Part shown: one piece after another, positions 13,621-26,800 of the stretch | Position numbering within the stretch: position 1 is the first letter of the stretch | How the letters are laid out: each line of letters begins with the position of its first letter | NCBI GenBank assembly: GCA_002269645.1 | Contig: NIVC01000917.1 | Location: 242,578-306,577 of the forward strand | DNA: 64,000 nucleotides | Direction: 5' to 3' | Source: Macrostomum lignano | Taxonomy: Eukaryota | Made by a program: the position numbers and the translations under genes | Notes under the pieces: generated by a model | The model's database searches: none | What the model was told of the DNA's origin: nothing | What the model saw: only the letters and a program-made list of their open reading frames with translations

Positions 13621-16600
13621 CTAAGACAGACAGACAGACAGACACACACTAAGACACTAAGACACTAAGACAGACAGACAGACACGACAGACAAGCAGAC
13701 ACGGGCAGGCACAGCCAGTCTCACCTTGAAGCTCTTCACCCGGGCGGCCTTGCCGGCGGCCTCCAGTTTCTGATTGGCCCACTGGATAATCTCGTCATCG
13801 TCAATCTTCCTGGTGCCGCCGGTGAGCTGCATGAGCAGTGACAGGGTGTAGGCGCGCATCATCTGGAACACCAGGCCGAGGGTGAGCTTCCTGTCGCCGT
13901 CGCGAATGTCCTCGGCGCCGATGTTGGTCATGGGCAGGCCGATCTTGCGGCCGCACTCGATAACGTAGTTGCAGTTGGCCTGCCACTGGAACAGCTTCTT
14001 ATTAGGCACGAAGGTTTTGCACACCTTTGACCAGGGCACCACGCCAGGCTTGATGTGGTCCATCAGCGTCAGCAGGATGAGGCCGTTGCGCAGGTCAGAG
14101 TACAGGTCCTTCACAAACGGCGACACGCCCAGACTGTTCATCCAGTTGCGGAAAGTCTTCTCTTCGAGCGTCTCCTCGATTACTTCCACTTCCACGTCCT
14201 GGACGGCCTCCATGGCTGGGTAGTTATTGAACAGGTTGGCCACGAAGGCCATGTTCAGCTTCTCCCGATTTCGTCCGGGCTCGTTGGCGAAGGCGATGTC
14301 CTCCGACACCACAAAGACCGCGGCGTCCAGCTTGTCGGCGTTGGACAGGACACCGTCGGCCCGTTTCAGCCGGTCCGCGCTGGCCAGGACCTCCTGCGGG
14401 CTGCGCATCTCGGAGCGCTTGTCAGCCGGGGCGATCTGCGACAACAGATGCGCGTACGCCTCCGAGTCCATGATGTCATCCTTGAAATTGTGCACCCTTG
14501 TCCGTGCCGGCCTTGGCTAGCTGGTAGTTCACCCAGCGTAGCAGCAGCTCCTCGGGACTGAGCTGTTTCAGATCCTCGAGAGTCTCACCTGGCAGCAGCA
14601 GGGCCGCCAGCTCCTTGTGCTGCGACAGGGTGATGTCCTTCATTAGGCCGATGCGAATGATCTGCCAGATTAGGCCCAGGATAATGTGCGGCCGGCACTC
14701 TTTGATGTCGTTGGCGCCAATATTGACAATGCAGCAGCCGATTGACTCGGCCGAGTTCACTGCAAGCACCAGATTCTCGTGCATCCGGAATCCGGCAGAG
14801 CCGCCCTTCAGCTGGGCCAGCTTGTTCATGGCCTTCTCGTGGATGGTGTCCGGCACGGCGCTGTTGATCAGCTTGCACAGCACCAGGCCGTCGCCCAGTT
14901 TCTCGTACAGCTCGTCAGTGTTGCCATCCACGGGCAGCAGGTGGAGAGGTCCGGTCCTTCTCCAGCATCTTGTTGATCCAGCCGGCGTAGCCGCGTCGCT
15001 CCGAGTCGCCGATGGTGTGCAGCGTCCACTCATTGCCGGTGCCGCTGATTTTCTGTGCGCATTATTAGAGTGTTTCAGTTTTATTAGTGTTTGCAATTCT
15101 AATGAAATGCTGAATTCCACAATTCTAATGCTGAATCCGCAATTCTAATGCTGAATTCCACAATTCTAATTCTGAACTCCGCAATTCTAATGCTGAATTC
15201 CACAATTCTAATTCTGAACTCCGCAATTCTAATGCTGAATTCCACAATTCTAATTCTGAACTCCGCAATTCTAATGCTGAATTCTACAATTCTAATGCTG
15301 AATTCCACAATTCTAATTCTGATACTCCGCAATTCTAATGCTGAATTCTACAATTCTAATGCTGAATTCCACAATTCTAATCTGAACTCCGCAATTCTAA
15401 TGCTGAATTCCACAATTCTAATCTGAACTCCGCAATTCTAATGCTGAATTACAATTCTAATTCTGAACTCCGCAAATTCTAATGCTGAACTACAATTCTA
15501 ATGCTGAATTCCACAATTCTAATTCTGAACTCCGCAATTCTAATGCTGAATTCTACAATTCTAATGCTGAATTCCACAATTCTAATTCTGAACTCCGCAA
15601 TTCTAATGCTGAATTCCACAATTCTAATTCTGAACTCCGCAATTCTAATGCTGAATTCTACAATTCTAATTCTGAACTCCGCAATTCTAATGCTGAATTC
15701 TACAATTCTAATTCTGAATTCCACAATTCCAATTCTGAACTCCGCAATTCTAATGCTGAATTCCATAATTCTAATTCTGAACTCTGCAATTCTAATGCTG
15801 AATTCCACAATTCTAATTCTGAACTCCGCAATTCTAATGCTGAATTCTACAATTCTAATTCTGAATTCCACAATTCCAATTCTGAACTCCGCAATTCTAA
15901 TGCTGAATTCCATAATTCTAATTCTGAACTCTGCAATTCTAATGCTGAATTTCACAATTCTAATTCTGAACTCCGCAATTCTAATGCTGAATTCCACAAT
16001 TCTAATTCTGAACTCCGCAATTCTAATGCTGAATTCCACAATTCTAATTCTGAACTCCACAATTCTAATGCTGAATTCCACAATTCTAATTCTGAACTCC
16101 GCAATTCTAATGCTGAATTCCACAATTCTAATTCTGAACTCCGCAATTCTAATGCTGAATTCCACAATTCTAATTCTGAACTCCGCAATTCTAATGCTGA
16201 ATTCCACAATTCTAATTCTGAACTCCGCAATTCTAATGCTGAATTCCACAATTCTGATACCGATTCCCACAAAGTCAAAGTTTGCATGACTAAAGCAATA
16301 TAAAAATGTACTGAAAACTCAGCAAAACATAACATAACTTCGTATGGGACAAGCATTCAAAATGTTTGTTACTGTGGCATGCAATTGCAATATTTATTTA
16401 TTTAGCTTTATTCAACTTGATAAAATCCCGCTCTAGTTAAAACTCCAAGCCGAAACGCCTTATAATCCGCACGTGACTAACTGACCATGCACGTGTTTCA
16501 GGTCAAGCGGAGGACGCGCAACAAAATAAAATACCGGCATGCATTCATGCATTGTAACTGTGTTATTAATCTTAAAATGAAAGTTGCAAATTAAAACTTT

Positions 16601-19600
16601 ATAATTCGATGCGAGCGAATGCTTACTTGACTGCATTTCCTGTGTAGCTTTAGACTGAGGGACAGGAATGAGCCAAGTCTGTTTAGCACTAACGCTCGCA
16701 CAATTACAAACACGTGAACCCACTGTAGGAACTATAGCCAAGCCTATCTGTTACAATTTTCTCTTCAGATTGCTTCAATCCAAACTGCATTCAATGCTAG
16801 GGTTTGCCTCTTAAGGGCTTATAGCGCATCCCTGAGGCCTTGGGGTTAGAGTCTCTAAATGACTGATAGCGCATCCCTGAGGCCTTGGGGTTAGAGTCTC
16901 TAAATGACTGATAGCGCATCCCTGAGGCCCTGAGGTTCGTGTCTCTGAAGGGCTGATAGCGCATCCCTGAGGCTCCGAGGTTCGTGTCTCTGAAGGGCTG
17001 ATAGCGCATCCCTGAGGCCCTGAGGTTCGTGTCTCTGAAGGGCTGATAGCGCATCCCTGAGGCTCTGAGGTTCGTGTCTCTGAGGGCTGATAGCGCATCC
17101 CTGAGGCTCTGAGGTTCGTGTCTCTGAAGGGCTGATAGCGCACCCCTGAGGCTCTGAGGTTCGTGTCTCTGAAGGCCTGATAGAGCACCCCTGAGGTTCG
17201 TGTCTCCAAAGGCCTGATAGCACATCCCTGAGGCCCTGAGGTTCGTGTCTCCGAATGTCTAAGTCCAATACTACAGAAAAGTATTGAAGGGTAAAGGTGT
17301 AAAACGCATCATAGAAAAGAAACTATAGAGATCAAACATATTAAATTCTAACTGAATATTGTTTGTTATTGCAGATAATTTTAATAACAGCATTAAAGCT
17401 ATTGAATACCAAAATAAGTCTAATAATACTCGTAGTATACCTAGTAGAGCTCAGAGTTTCATATGGTTACCTGCAAATCGCCATGATTAAAAGACGATCG
17501 CCTTCGACCATGAGCCTGCAAATAGTCCTGCACAGAGGTCATTTCAGTCCGATTTGTATAATACTATTTAGTTACTAGCTGGCTTGACTTGCTTGATGCC
17601 TTGCCTGCCTCTTATTAATGAGCGATGAACTTCGCGCAGCGATAAGATATTACCTCGTATATATATATACACACACACACACACGGGGAACAAGCCCTGT
17701 GTAGCCTCAGTTGTTGAATTCTAGCTCTTATTATTTATACTATGTATAAGCTGGCATTGCATTCAGTGCCTGCAGGCTGCAGTCCACCCATGCGCTGTAC
17801 GAGTATAGCTGTAGCTATAGAGAGAAAGAGATTTCTCTGTAAGATTAATAAAAATTTCACGCCAATTACGAGAGTATATATCGAGGCTATAAAGAGTACG
17901 CGCACAATTAAGTTACCCTTCATCGCATTTGCGAATATCAATCTTAGTAAGCGGAGATTATGACATACTCATGTATGATAGTATATGGAAAGGAGTGACT
18001 CAAGACTCGAAAGTGAGAACGATCTCAACGTATGTGCATCGGCGAGTTAAGCAGAGAGCTCGTTCTCTGTTGTTCGAATTCCGAGCCGAATCAGAACAGC
18101 TCTTAGGTGCGCAATTTATTGTTGGCCCCTTCTCAAAGCATGCTTTAACCGCTTTGCTTTTGTTTCTCAGATACCCAATTTTGAATTGGAATGAGTGGCG
18201 TCGTTCTTTTGCATTATTCGAATAAAAAAATTAAAAAAGGACTTTTTGAGTCTTCAGCTTTCGACTTGGAAGATGCAACTAGTCGCTATTTTACATGCAG
18301 CATTCAGTGCTAAGCTTTAGCTATCCCAGGTCCTCTGGCTGCTACCTCAGGTCCTTGGTCACTACCCCAGGTCCTCTGGCTGCTACCCCAGGTCCTTGGT
18401 CACTACCCAGGTCCTCTGGCTGCTACCCCAGGTCCTTGGTCACTACCCAGGTCCTCTGGCTGCTACCCCGGTCCTTGGTCACTTCCTAGGTCCTTGCCAC
18501 TACCCCAGGTCCTCTGGCTGCTACCTCAGGTCCTTGGTCACTACCCCAGGTCCTTGGTCACTACCCAGGTCCTCTGGCTGCTACCCCAGGTCCTTGGTCA
18601 CTACCCAGGTCCTCTGGCTGCTACCCCAGGTCCTTGGTCACTACCCAGGTCCTCTGGCTGCTACCCCGGGTCCTTGGTCACTTCCTAGGTCCTTGCCACT
18701 ACCCCAGGTCCTCTGGCTGCTACCTCAGGTCCTTGCCACTACCCCAGGTCCTCTGGCTGCTACCTCAGGTCCTTGTAACTACCCCACTACCCAAGGTCCT
18801 TTATCACTATCCCAGGTCCTAGGTCACTACCCAGGTCGTTTATCAATATCCCAGGTCCTTGGACACTACCCCAGGTTGTTTGGCCACTACCTCAGGTCCC
18901 CAGGTCCTTAGTCACTACCCCAGGTCCTCTGGCTGCTACCTCATGTCCTTGGTCATGGTCACTACCACAGGTCCTTGGTCACTACCCCAGGTCCTTGGTC
19001 ACTACCACAGGTCCTTGGTCACTACCCCAGGTCCTTGGTCACTACTCCAGGTCCTTCTGGTAAATGACACACTAGGAACAAGATCATAAAATAAGAGTGA
19101 GGTAATGTATAAGATAAGCAACATATCAACATTTAAACTTAATTTTGTCAACATTTAATTAATGATGGTTTATATATTATAAACAATTAGCTTTACCATG
19201 GCCTAATAGGTATAGGTAATATATAAAATTAACAGATAAAAATCATTAAAACTATACTTTCTTTTCTAATGAATTACTCTACTTTTAGTAGTATAAAATA
19301 GAAAATATTTTCTATTTAATGATCAAATCTTTTCTTTTGACTTAACAAAATCAATCTAAGATATGATCATCTAAATATCAATGAAATTTATTTGAAATTT
19401 AACTGCTTAATTATTAAATTATGATCATTAGCAAAAAGAGAGAGTACATTTTGCATATTAGTGCTAAAAAGTGAAAAATTAAAAACGAAAGAAAAAAGGT
19501 TTTAATTTTTAACAAAATATATTTGTAGCTGAAGCTCACCTTCATTGACTGTTTATCCTCGGATTATGCAGCTTCTTCATAGAATCTTTGACATCTCGAT

Positions 19601-19860
19601 CGGGCTGCTTCATTTTCACCTGGCAATACAGCGTGACCAGCGCATCCTTATCGAACGAAGTCTTGGTTGGCATTAGATCGTTCAGCAGGTCTCGCAGCTG
19701 GAAACCGGACACTTTGGCGCCCATAGCGTCGAGAGCGTCGCGCAGTCATCCTTGCTAACGTGCCGCCATCTTTGCCCAGGTCGGGGAATTTCCTAAGCAA
19801 GTCGGCTATGTTTTCGTCGGCGTCAAGCAGTACGGACTGAGTGAACTGGGGGCGTGACAT
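12102..19860 (-). CDS. Fim: Plastin/fimbrin (EF-hand head plus four CH domains); exons 19540-19860, 13725-15052, 12102-12359; four frameshifts
   Basis: Motifs GDGLVLCKLIN, IGCCIVNIGA, LLLRWVNYQL, EEKTFRNWMNSLGV, IYALPE..V.VN..MIMTVFACLM; canonical GT-AG sites; frame breaks near 19755, 19560, 14950 and 14497. Confidence 0.93.
12475..12770. repeat. About 28-bp minisatellite AATGAACACCCCTAATCCTGTTGCTGAT (plastin intron)
   Basis: Tandem copies. Confidence 0.9.
13440..13700. repeat. (CAGA)n microsatellite
   Basis: Directly visible. Confidence 0.95.
15092..16258. repeat. 21/42-bp minisatellite AATTCTAATGCTGAATTCCAC / AATTCTAATTCTGAACTCCGC
   Basis: Alternating 21-mers; explains the long repetitive ORFs in several frames. 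Confidence 0.97.
16815..17255. repeat. About 43-bp minisatellite (GGCTGATAGCGCATCCCTGAGG...GAGGTTCGTGTCTCTGAA)
   Basis: Tandem copies. Confidence 0.92.
18320..19060. repeat. Compound minisatellite CCAGGTCCT(CTGGCTG/TGGTCA)CTACC
   Basis: Tandem copies. Confidence 0.93.
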
Positions 19861-21699
19861 GATCTAGGCTTTAAAATTAGACGATTCCGCTGTGCAGCCG
19901 TATATTGTGGAAATCGAGCACCGTGGATGGGGTAAGGTTTGTCTTATTCTTTGGTCAAGTCTAGTAGACTATATATATACGGCTCGTATACAGGTTGCTT
20001 TCCTGTCAAGGGCAGGAAGAGACCGGCCAAACAACAAACAAACTGAGAAGACGGACGGCCGCGACGGGGTGGTGGCAAAAAACTACTAAAGCAATCGGGT
20101 GAAGAAAAGAGAAGCTCTTTCTTGCTCTCTCCGTAGAGCTAAGTCCGATATTCCTCACTCCCCCAGGGCAAAACAAATTTTATTAGGCAGCCCGCACGCC
20201 CCACATTTGCAATCGCGGAGAGTTGAGAGGGGTGGGGTTTGAATGTACGCGGCCGGCTGTTCTTTGGTGAGAAGATAAGAGCGGGTGGGACAGACAGACA
20301 ACCCCGCCAAGCGGTGGTGAAACCCTCCAAACCCCCACCTACCCCCATAGGCGCCCCCGTACTGTTTCTTAGGGCAAGTAGCAGTGTGGCTGCGACGATC
20401 AATAAAACCTGTTCACTTTACGACGGCGCCGTGGCCCGTAGGGGGTTGGCTTGTAGGTGTAGGGCCCTTTCAATTTAAATGTTAGGGGTGAATATAGTAG
20501 TTTTATGTTAAAGCAATGGTATGGTATGGACAGGGAGGGAGGGAGACGGTACGGTGCACCTTTCTCGACTCAGTGACTCACCTCCACACCACGCCAATGG
20601 GTCCGAGGACCCGAGTAATGCCTTCTCTATCTCTTTCTCTACCTCTACTGCTGATGTTAAAGTAGCCAGCAGCTCGTGCTTCACAGGCTGTAGCCAAAAA
20701 TGCAAATGGCCAAGAAAAGACCGTGCCGACTAAATATATTTAATACTTGATGAGCACAGCCAATCAAGCAGCAGTGTAGTACTGTAGCTAGTAATATATA
20801 AAAGCCATTTGCGTTGAATTCAATTCAAAAGAAGTATTACGAGCTACTTTAGCTGCGCAGTGCGCACGAGTTACACTTAAAACAAGTTTTAAAATGGAAT
20901 TTTCTAAAAATTCTGGCAACTTGTAAATGTACTAATTTCTCTTGTATCAAACCAAATTGAAACCGAGATTCTGTTAATTTTTAATTGTTTGCCTACGCAA
21001 AACAAGTTGCAAAATCTGCGCATGTTGAATGCAGAAAATCAAATAATATTCCTAGACACTGTCGCACTCGTAGAACGAAAGGTTACTAACGTAAACTAAG
21101 CATAAGCATTGCCCAATCGACAAGTAATTTCATCGATGAAATAGCTCATTAAGGCAGACTCCATTATAATAAATAACCAAACACTGGCGGACCTGTCATG
21201 CATGCCAAATTGCATCAGGCTGATAGCCCAACTCAAGCAAGCCCCAAATAAAAACACGAGGGTTATTTTCTTTCAAATCACAGTTATATTTAGATGTTTA
21301 AATGTACACTGAGATTAAAAGTAAATTTGCCGCAATTGCACGACCTATGAATAATTAAAAGCTTACAGGAGAAATATATGCACATAAAATTGTAGCTATA
21401 CAAGAAAATTAGCGTATTTATATATTATAAAGGTATAAAGAAATAAAGTATAAAGGACGGTTATAAGCAGAAGTTTAGGTAGGAAACGTGACGGAAAATG
21501 CAAGCAAAATACTATTCGTGTTGTGTTGCTCTTGCATACGAGCGAGCTGAGACCTTGCACCCTGCGGGCTGAGCAACTCAATTAGATTTTTAAAAAGCGA
21601 GGTGCGCCAAGCACAGTGCTTTAGAGTAGACAGAGGCTGCAATTCCAAAAAACGCAAATTGACTTCAATATTTAAAGGCGCTTCCTTGCGCTGCATCAG

Positions 21700-22430
21700 G
21701 GCCATTCTCAGGTAGAGCGATTCTCGGGGGCTGCCATTCTCAGATACGAAGTGTTAGGCAAGGCGATTCTCAAAAATATGGCGATTCTTGGGAGATTGTG
21801 AGTCAAGGCGCGATTCTCAGATGGGGTGGGCGATTCTCAGATGGGGCGATTCTCAGGTGGGTGGGCGATTCTCAGGTGGGTGGGCGATTCTCAGATGGGG
21901 CGATTCTCAGGTGGGTGGGCGATTCTCAGGTGGGTGGGCGATTCTCAGGTGGGTGGGCGATTCTCAGGTGGGTGGGCGATTCTCAGGTGGGTGGGCGATT
22001 CTCAGATGGGGCGATTCTCAGGTGGGTGGGCGATTCTTAGATGGGGTGGGCGATTCTCAGATGGGGCGATTCTTAGATGGGGTGGGCGATTCTCAGATGG
22101 GGCGATTCTTAGGTGGGTGGGCGATTCTCAGGTGGGGCGATTCTCAGGTGGGGCCATTCTCAGGTAGAGCGATTCTCGGGGGCTGCCATTCTCAGATACG
22201 GAATGTTAGGCAAGGCGATTCTCAAAAATATGGGGATTCTCGGAGAGATTGTGAGTCAAGGCGCGATTCTCAGGTGGGGCGATTCTCAAGTGGAGGGGTT
22301 GTCAAGGAGGGAGATTATCAGACAGGGAGATTATCAGACAGGGAGACTGTCAGGTAGGGAGATTGTCAGGTAAGGTAGATTGTCAGGGAAGGAGATTGTC
22401 AGGGAAGGAGATTGTCAGGGAAGGAGATTG
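21700..22430. repeat. GGCGATTCTCAG(G/A)TGGG satellite
   Basis: Tandem copies bracketed by a roughly 120-bp direct duplication. Confidence 0.9.
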
Positions 22431-22889
22431 TCAAGGAGTGGGATTCTCTCACAACAGAAGATAATAAAGCACATCTATTAAATAAAGCAACAAAGAAAGC
22501 ACTATTTATAATTAGGAAAAATAACAGGTATACAGAAATGATAACATTTGTTAAATTTGTTAAAAGAATAACGTTGCTCGATCTTGTTCTTGTAAGGAAA
22601 CTAATGATTGTGAATGCTTGTGCGAATGTTCGAGTGTACAAATATAACTAATAAATATACTCGTATGTAGCGATGTAAATTTATAACGACTTGTAAAATC
22701 TGCCCTGCAGTGTTAGCCTATTTCGCATTCTGGAAGGGTAACGCAGTGTTGGTTAAGAATGGCTTGGGTTTCAAAACTATGGAGCGCCAGGAATAAGAGA
22801 AATATATATAGTAGTTTAGTTATTGCAAATTAAAATAGTAAGTACAGAAATGATGTATATTCATTGTACTCAAAATGCCAGATTTTTTA

Positions 22890-23525
22890 CACTCAAGTAC
22901 TCAACAATCTCACACCTGTTCTACACACCAGTACTCAACAATCTCACAACTGTTCCACACACCAGTACTCAACAATCTCACACCTGTTCCACACACACCA
23001 GTACTCAACAATCTCACACCTGTTCCACACACCAGTACTCAACAATCTCACAACTGTTCCACACACCAGTACTCAACAATCTCACACCTGTTCCACACAC
23101 ACCAGTACTCAACAATCTCACACCTGTTCCACACACCAGTACTCAACAATCTCACACCTGTTCCACACACACCAGTACTCAACAATCTCACACCTGTTCC
23201 ACACACCAGTACTCAACAATCTCACACCTGTTCCACACACACCAGTACTCAACAATCTCACACCTGTTCCACACACACCAGTACTCAACAATCTCACACC
23301 TGTTCCACACACCAGTACTCAACAATCTCACACCTGTTCCACACACACCAGTACTCAACAATCTCACACCTGTTCCACACACCAGTACTCAACAATCTCA
23401 CAACTGTTCCACACACCAGTACTCAACAATCTCACACCTGTTCCACACACACCAGTACTCAACAATCTCACACCTGTTCCACACACACCAGTACTCAACA
23501 ATCTCACACCTGTTCCACACACCCA
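22890..23525. repeat. 35-39-bp minisatellite CCAGTACTCAACAATCTCACACCTGTTCCACACA(CA)
   Basis: Tandem copies. Confidence 0.95.
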
Positions 23526-23831
23526 GTAAATCTAGAATCACACAGAAAGCACTCCTAAAGAGTAAAAATAATTTTTTATGCTACAGTGCACCAGAAAAAT
23601 CGATAATATAACAAAAATACAGGTGTAAATTTCGGCAAAAAAGTTCAAGCAAAATGCCTATATCAAACTCAATTTTAATCCATAATACTAGAAATCTATT
23701 CTAATGATAAATTGCCTTTGAGCTGCGGTTGATTTTTCCAAAGATCTAATATCACTAATAAAACAGCAAGCAGCGTGTTCTACTACTTATACGAGTAGTT
23801 TATAAAGTCTTTTGCTCTCTAAAAAATAACT

Positions 23832-26800
23832 TCAATGCTCAGCGGCTCGGCTGAGCACTGACCGGAGCAGCCGTTCGCCGTAGATCTGCTTCCGCAACCG
23901 GTTGGTCCTCTTGACGGCTTCTCTGCGCTCCCGCTCCAGGCGGGCGGCGACAGTGGCCGACACCGACGACGTGTGCGCTCGGCCTGACCCAGTTCGCGGC
24001 GGCGGTTGCGGCTGCGTCAGCGGCGGCGTCGGAAGGCGAAGCTCGGCATCGGCGACGGCCTGCCGAGCTGCGGCCGCCGACTGCAGTCGATCGCGGCGGG
24101 AGCGGCTTCTGGCGGCCAGCACCGCTGCCCGCTGTTGACGTCGACAAGCCGCCGAGTTCTCGGCCGCGTCGGCGCTGTTAGACAGCGGCAGAAACCAGCT
24201 AAGCGGCTTGGCAGCAACAGCGTTGTCATCGGCAACCGTAGAAGCCAGATTAGCGTCCTTAGCAACCGAGACCTTTTTCACTTTGGAGGATCCGTTACTA
24301 GCAGTCTCTTTCTTAGCTTGGCTTCTCGAACCGTTCAGCTTATAGCTGACGCCGTCGATTGCTTTTGCCTTAGCAACAGCGTCCTTAGCGACGGTTTTAT
24401 CAATGGCAGCGGCGGCCCTGGCAGCGCAGTGCGGAAGCGTCATTTCGTCGAGAGACTGCGTAGCGTCTGTGCGATCGGTAGACAAAGCGTCATCAATAAC
24501 GGTTGTGTCCTCGCGATCGTCTTCCGAATCTGTCCTTTCCATAGCAACTACAGACTGGGCCAGACGCCTCTGTTGAATTAGTCGGCGCAGAATTTCGACT
24601 CGTTCCCGGCGACGCCGTTCGGCGGCCACCGCCTCCAGCAGTCGAGCCCGCTGGCGGAGCAGCGCAGCCTGCAGCTCGGCTGTCGTCGCGTCGACGCCGC
24701 TACCACCGCCGCCGCAGCTGCCGACTTCGACCTCTGAGTCGTCGTCAACGTCGAAGCCTGCGACAGCCGAATCCTGCGGCGGCCAGTCGACTGCTCGATC
24801 GGGGACGTCCAGCAGCAGCGCCTGCACAGGGTCGGCCAGCACGCGGCGAAGGCGGCGCAGCTCCGACCGCCTGCCCTGCCGATGGAACCGTTCCCAGGCC
24901 GCTTGAAGGCCTTCAGGCGGCGGCGGATCGCGGGGACTCCGGGCGTACAACAAGCTTTTGGCTCTGGCTGTAGTAGCGGAGGCTGCGCCAGTGGCGGATT
25001 TGCCTCGCGGCGAGCGGCGACTGCCGAAAGCTTCGGCCGGGAAGCCCGGCGGCCGAGCGTCGTCCGAGCCCGGATGCGTCGACTCACGAGTGTCGGCGCT
25101 GGTGTCCTGCGACCTGGCCGAGTCCGGCGCCGCCGCTGCTGCCACTGCGTCCTCCTCCCATCTGGCCGAATCCGGCTCTGCATCGCCGAGTTTCCTCCAG
25201 CCGGCTGCAGAGTTTACAGTGCGCGGTGTACTTTAGTTCCACTTATTCCTCGTCATCTCTGATATCTCCAGATATCTCTAAGTCACAATCAACCGAAAGC
25301 AAATGAAGCGTGTTAGGAAATCTACGAGTATTAAGTAACTTCAGCATCAAGAAAAATACCTTCATAGCCTCATAGGAAATGCCCTAGCAACTAAAGCGTC
25401 ATGGGAAATACCCTAGCAACTAAAGCGTCATGGGAAATACCCTAGCAACTAAAGCGTCATGGAAATACCCTAGCAACTAAAGCGTCATGGGAAATACCCT
25501 AGCAACTAAAGCGTCATGGGAAATACCCTAGCAACTAAAGCGTCATGGGAAATACCCTAGCAACTAAAGCGTCATGGGAAATACCCTAGCAACTAAAGTG
25601 TCATGGGAAATACCCTAGCAACTAAAGCGTCATGGGAAATACCCTAGCAACTAAAGCGTCATGGGAAATACCCTAGCAACTAAAGCGTCATGGGAAATAC
25701 CCTAGCAACTAAAGCGTCATGGGAAATACCCTAGCAACTAAAGCGTCATGGGAAATACCCTAGCAACTAAAGCGTCATGGGAAATACCCTAGCAACTAAA
25801 GTGTCATGGAAATACCCTAGCAACTAAAGTGTCATGGAAATACCCTAGCAACTAAAGCGTCATGGGAAATACCCTAGCAACTAAAGCGTCATGGGAAATA
25901 CCCTAGCAGCAAAAACATAATCGAGCCCTTAAACCGACACAGGCACGCACCGGAAGTTCTGCCAGCAGCAGCTAAGTTGCGAGCACCCTCATATTCGGGA
26001 CTCGGACTGCTCAGGAATCCCGATCCCGGACCAGCCGTCGTTGTCCTAGGCGGAGGCGCCAATGCGGCGCTAACGGGCCGCCGACCGCCCAAATCGGCGC
26101 CGTAGTCCCATTTGAGTCGCCGAGGCTGAGTAGATTCACCCCAGTTCAAATGCTGCAGCTGCTGCTGCAAATCCAACTGCAACAATGGCTGCTGATGCTG
26201 CCTTAATGGCAGCCGATATCCGTGATTAGCTAGTCTAGCCTGCAACGTTAATTATATTGCACTTTTAGCAATATTACAAGCATAAAAACAAACCTTATAG
26301 ATTTAGTATATTTAGATTTCAACAATTTTTTATTTATCGGTTAGAATGAAACCAATCACAACCTGGTTCACCTGAATTCGTGCATGACAGGATTGGTATC
26401 ACACCGTGATGAGGAATAAATAAACTAATCTATGACTCAGCTATCCTATGACCCAACTAATCTATGACTCAGCTACCATATGATCCAACTACTCTATAAC
26501 TCAGCTACCATATGATCCAACTACTTTTTTATTAGAGGCAGGGGGGTTGTGTGCACCCTGGCGCACTTTAAGCGACATAGGCACACAACCGGCGAGAGGC
26601 ATTACTGCCCATTCCGCCGACTCCCCTGAGCAGGCACACAAGCGCGCGGATACGTACGCAGGCACACACTCACACAGGAGTGTACAGCGGCCCTAACTTT
26701 ATATTATCGTTAGGCATGTACACTTCACTGGGCCTTGGGGGGTTGGCTCTCAAGGCCGTTAATTGCACGAGCAGAGCCAAGCCGAGATTCCAATTCAGCC

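Noticed and set aside
15099-16356. Long ORFs (NSNAEFH, ILMLNST, RIRIVEFS repeats), and similar ORFs at 10370, 21788, 22823, 40453 and 62520
   Set aside because: Translations of stop-free tandem repeats open in several frames at once.
25375-25910. CRISPR-like regular arrays here and at 42640-43025 and 62545-63620
   Set aside because: No unique spacers, no cas genes, and a eukaryotic context.
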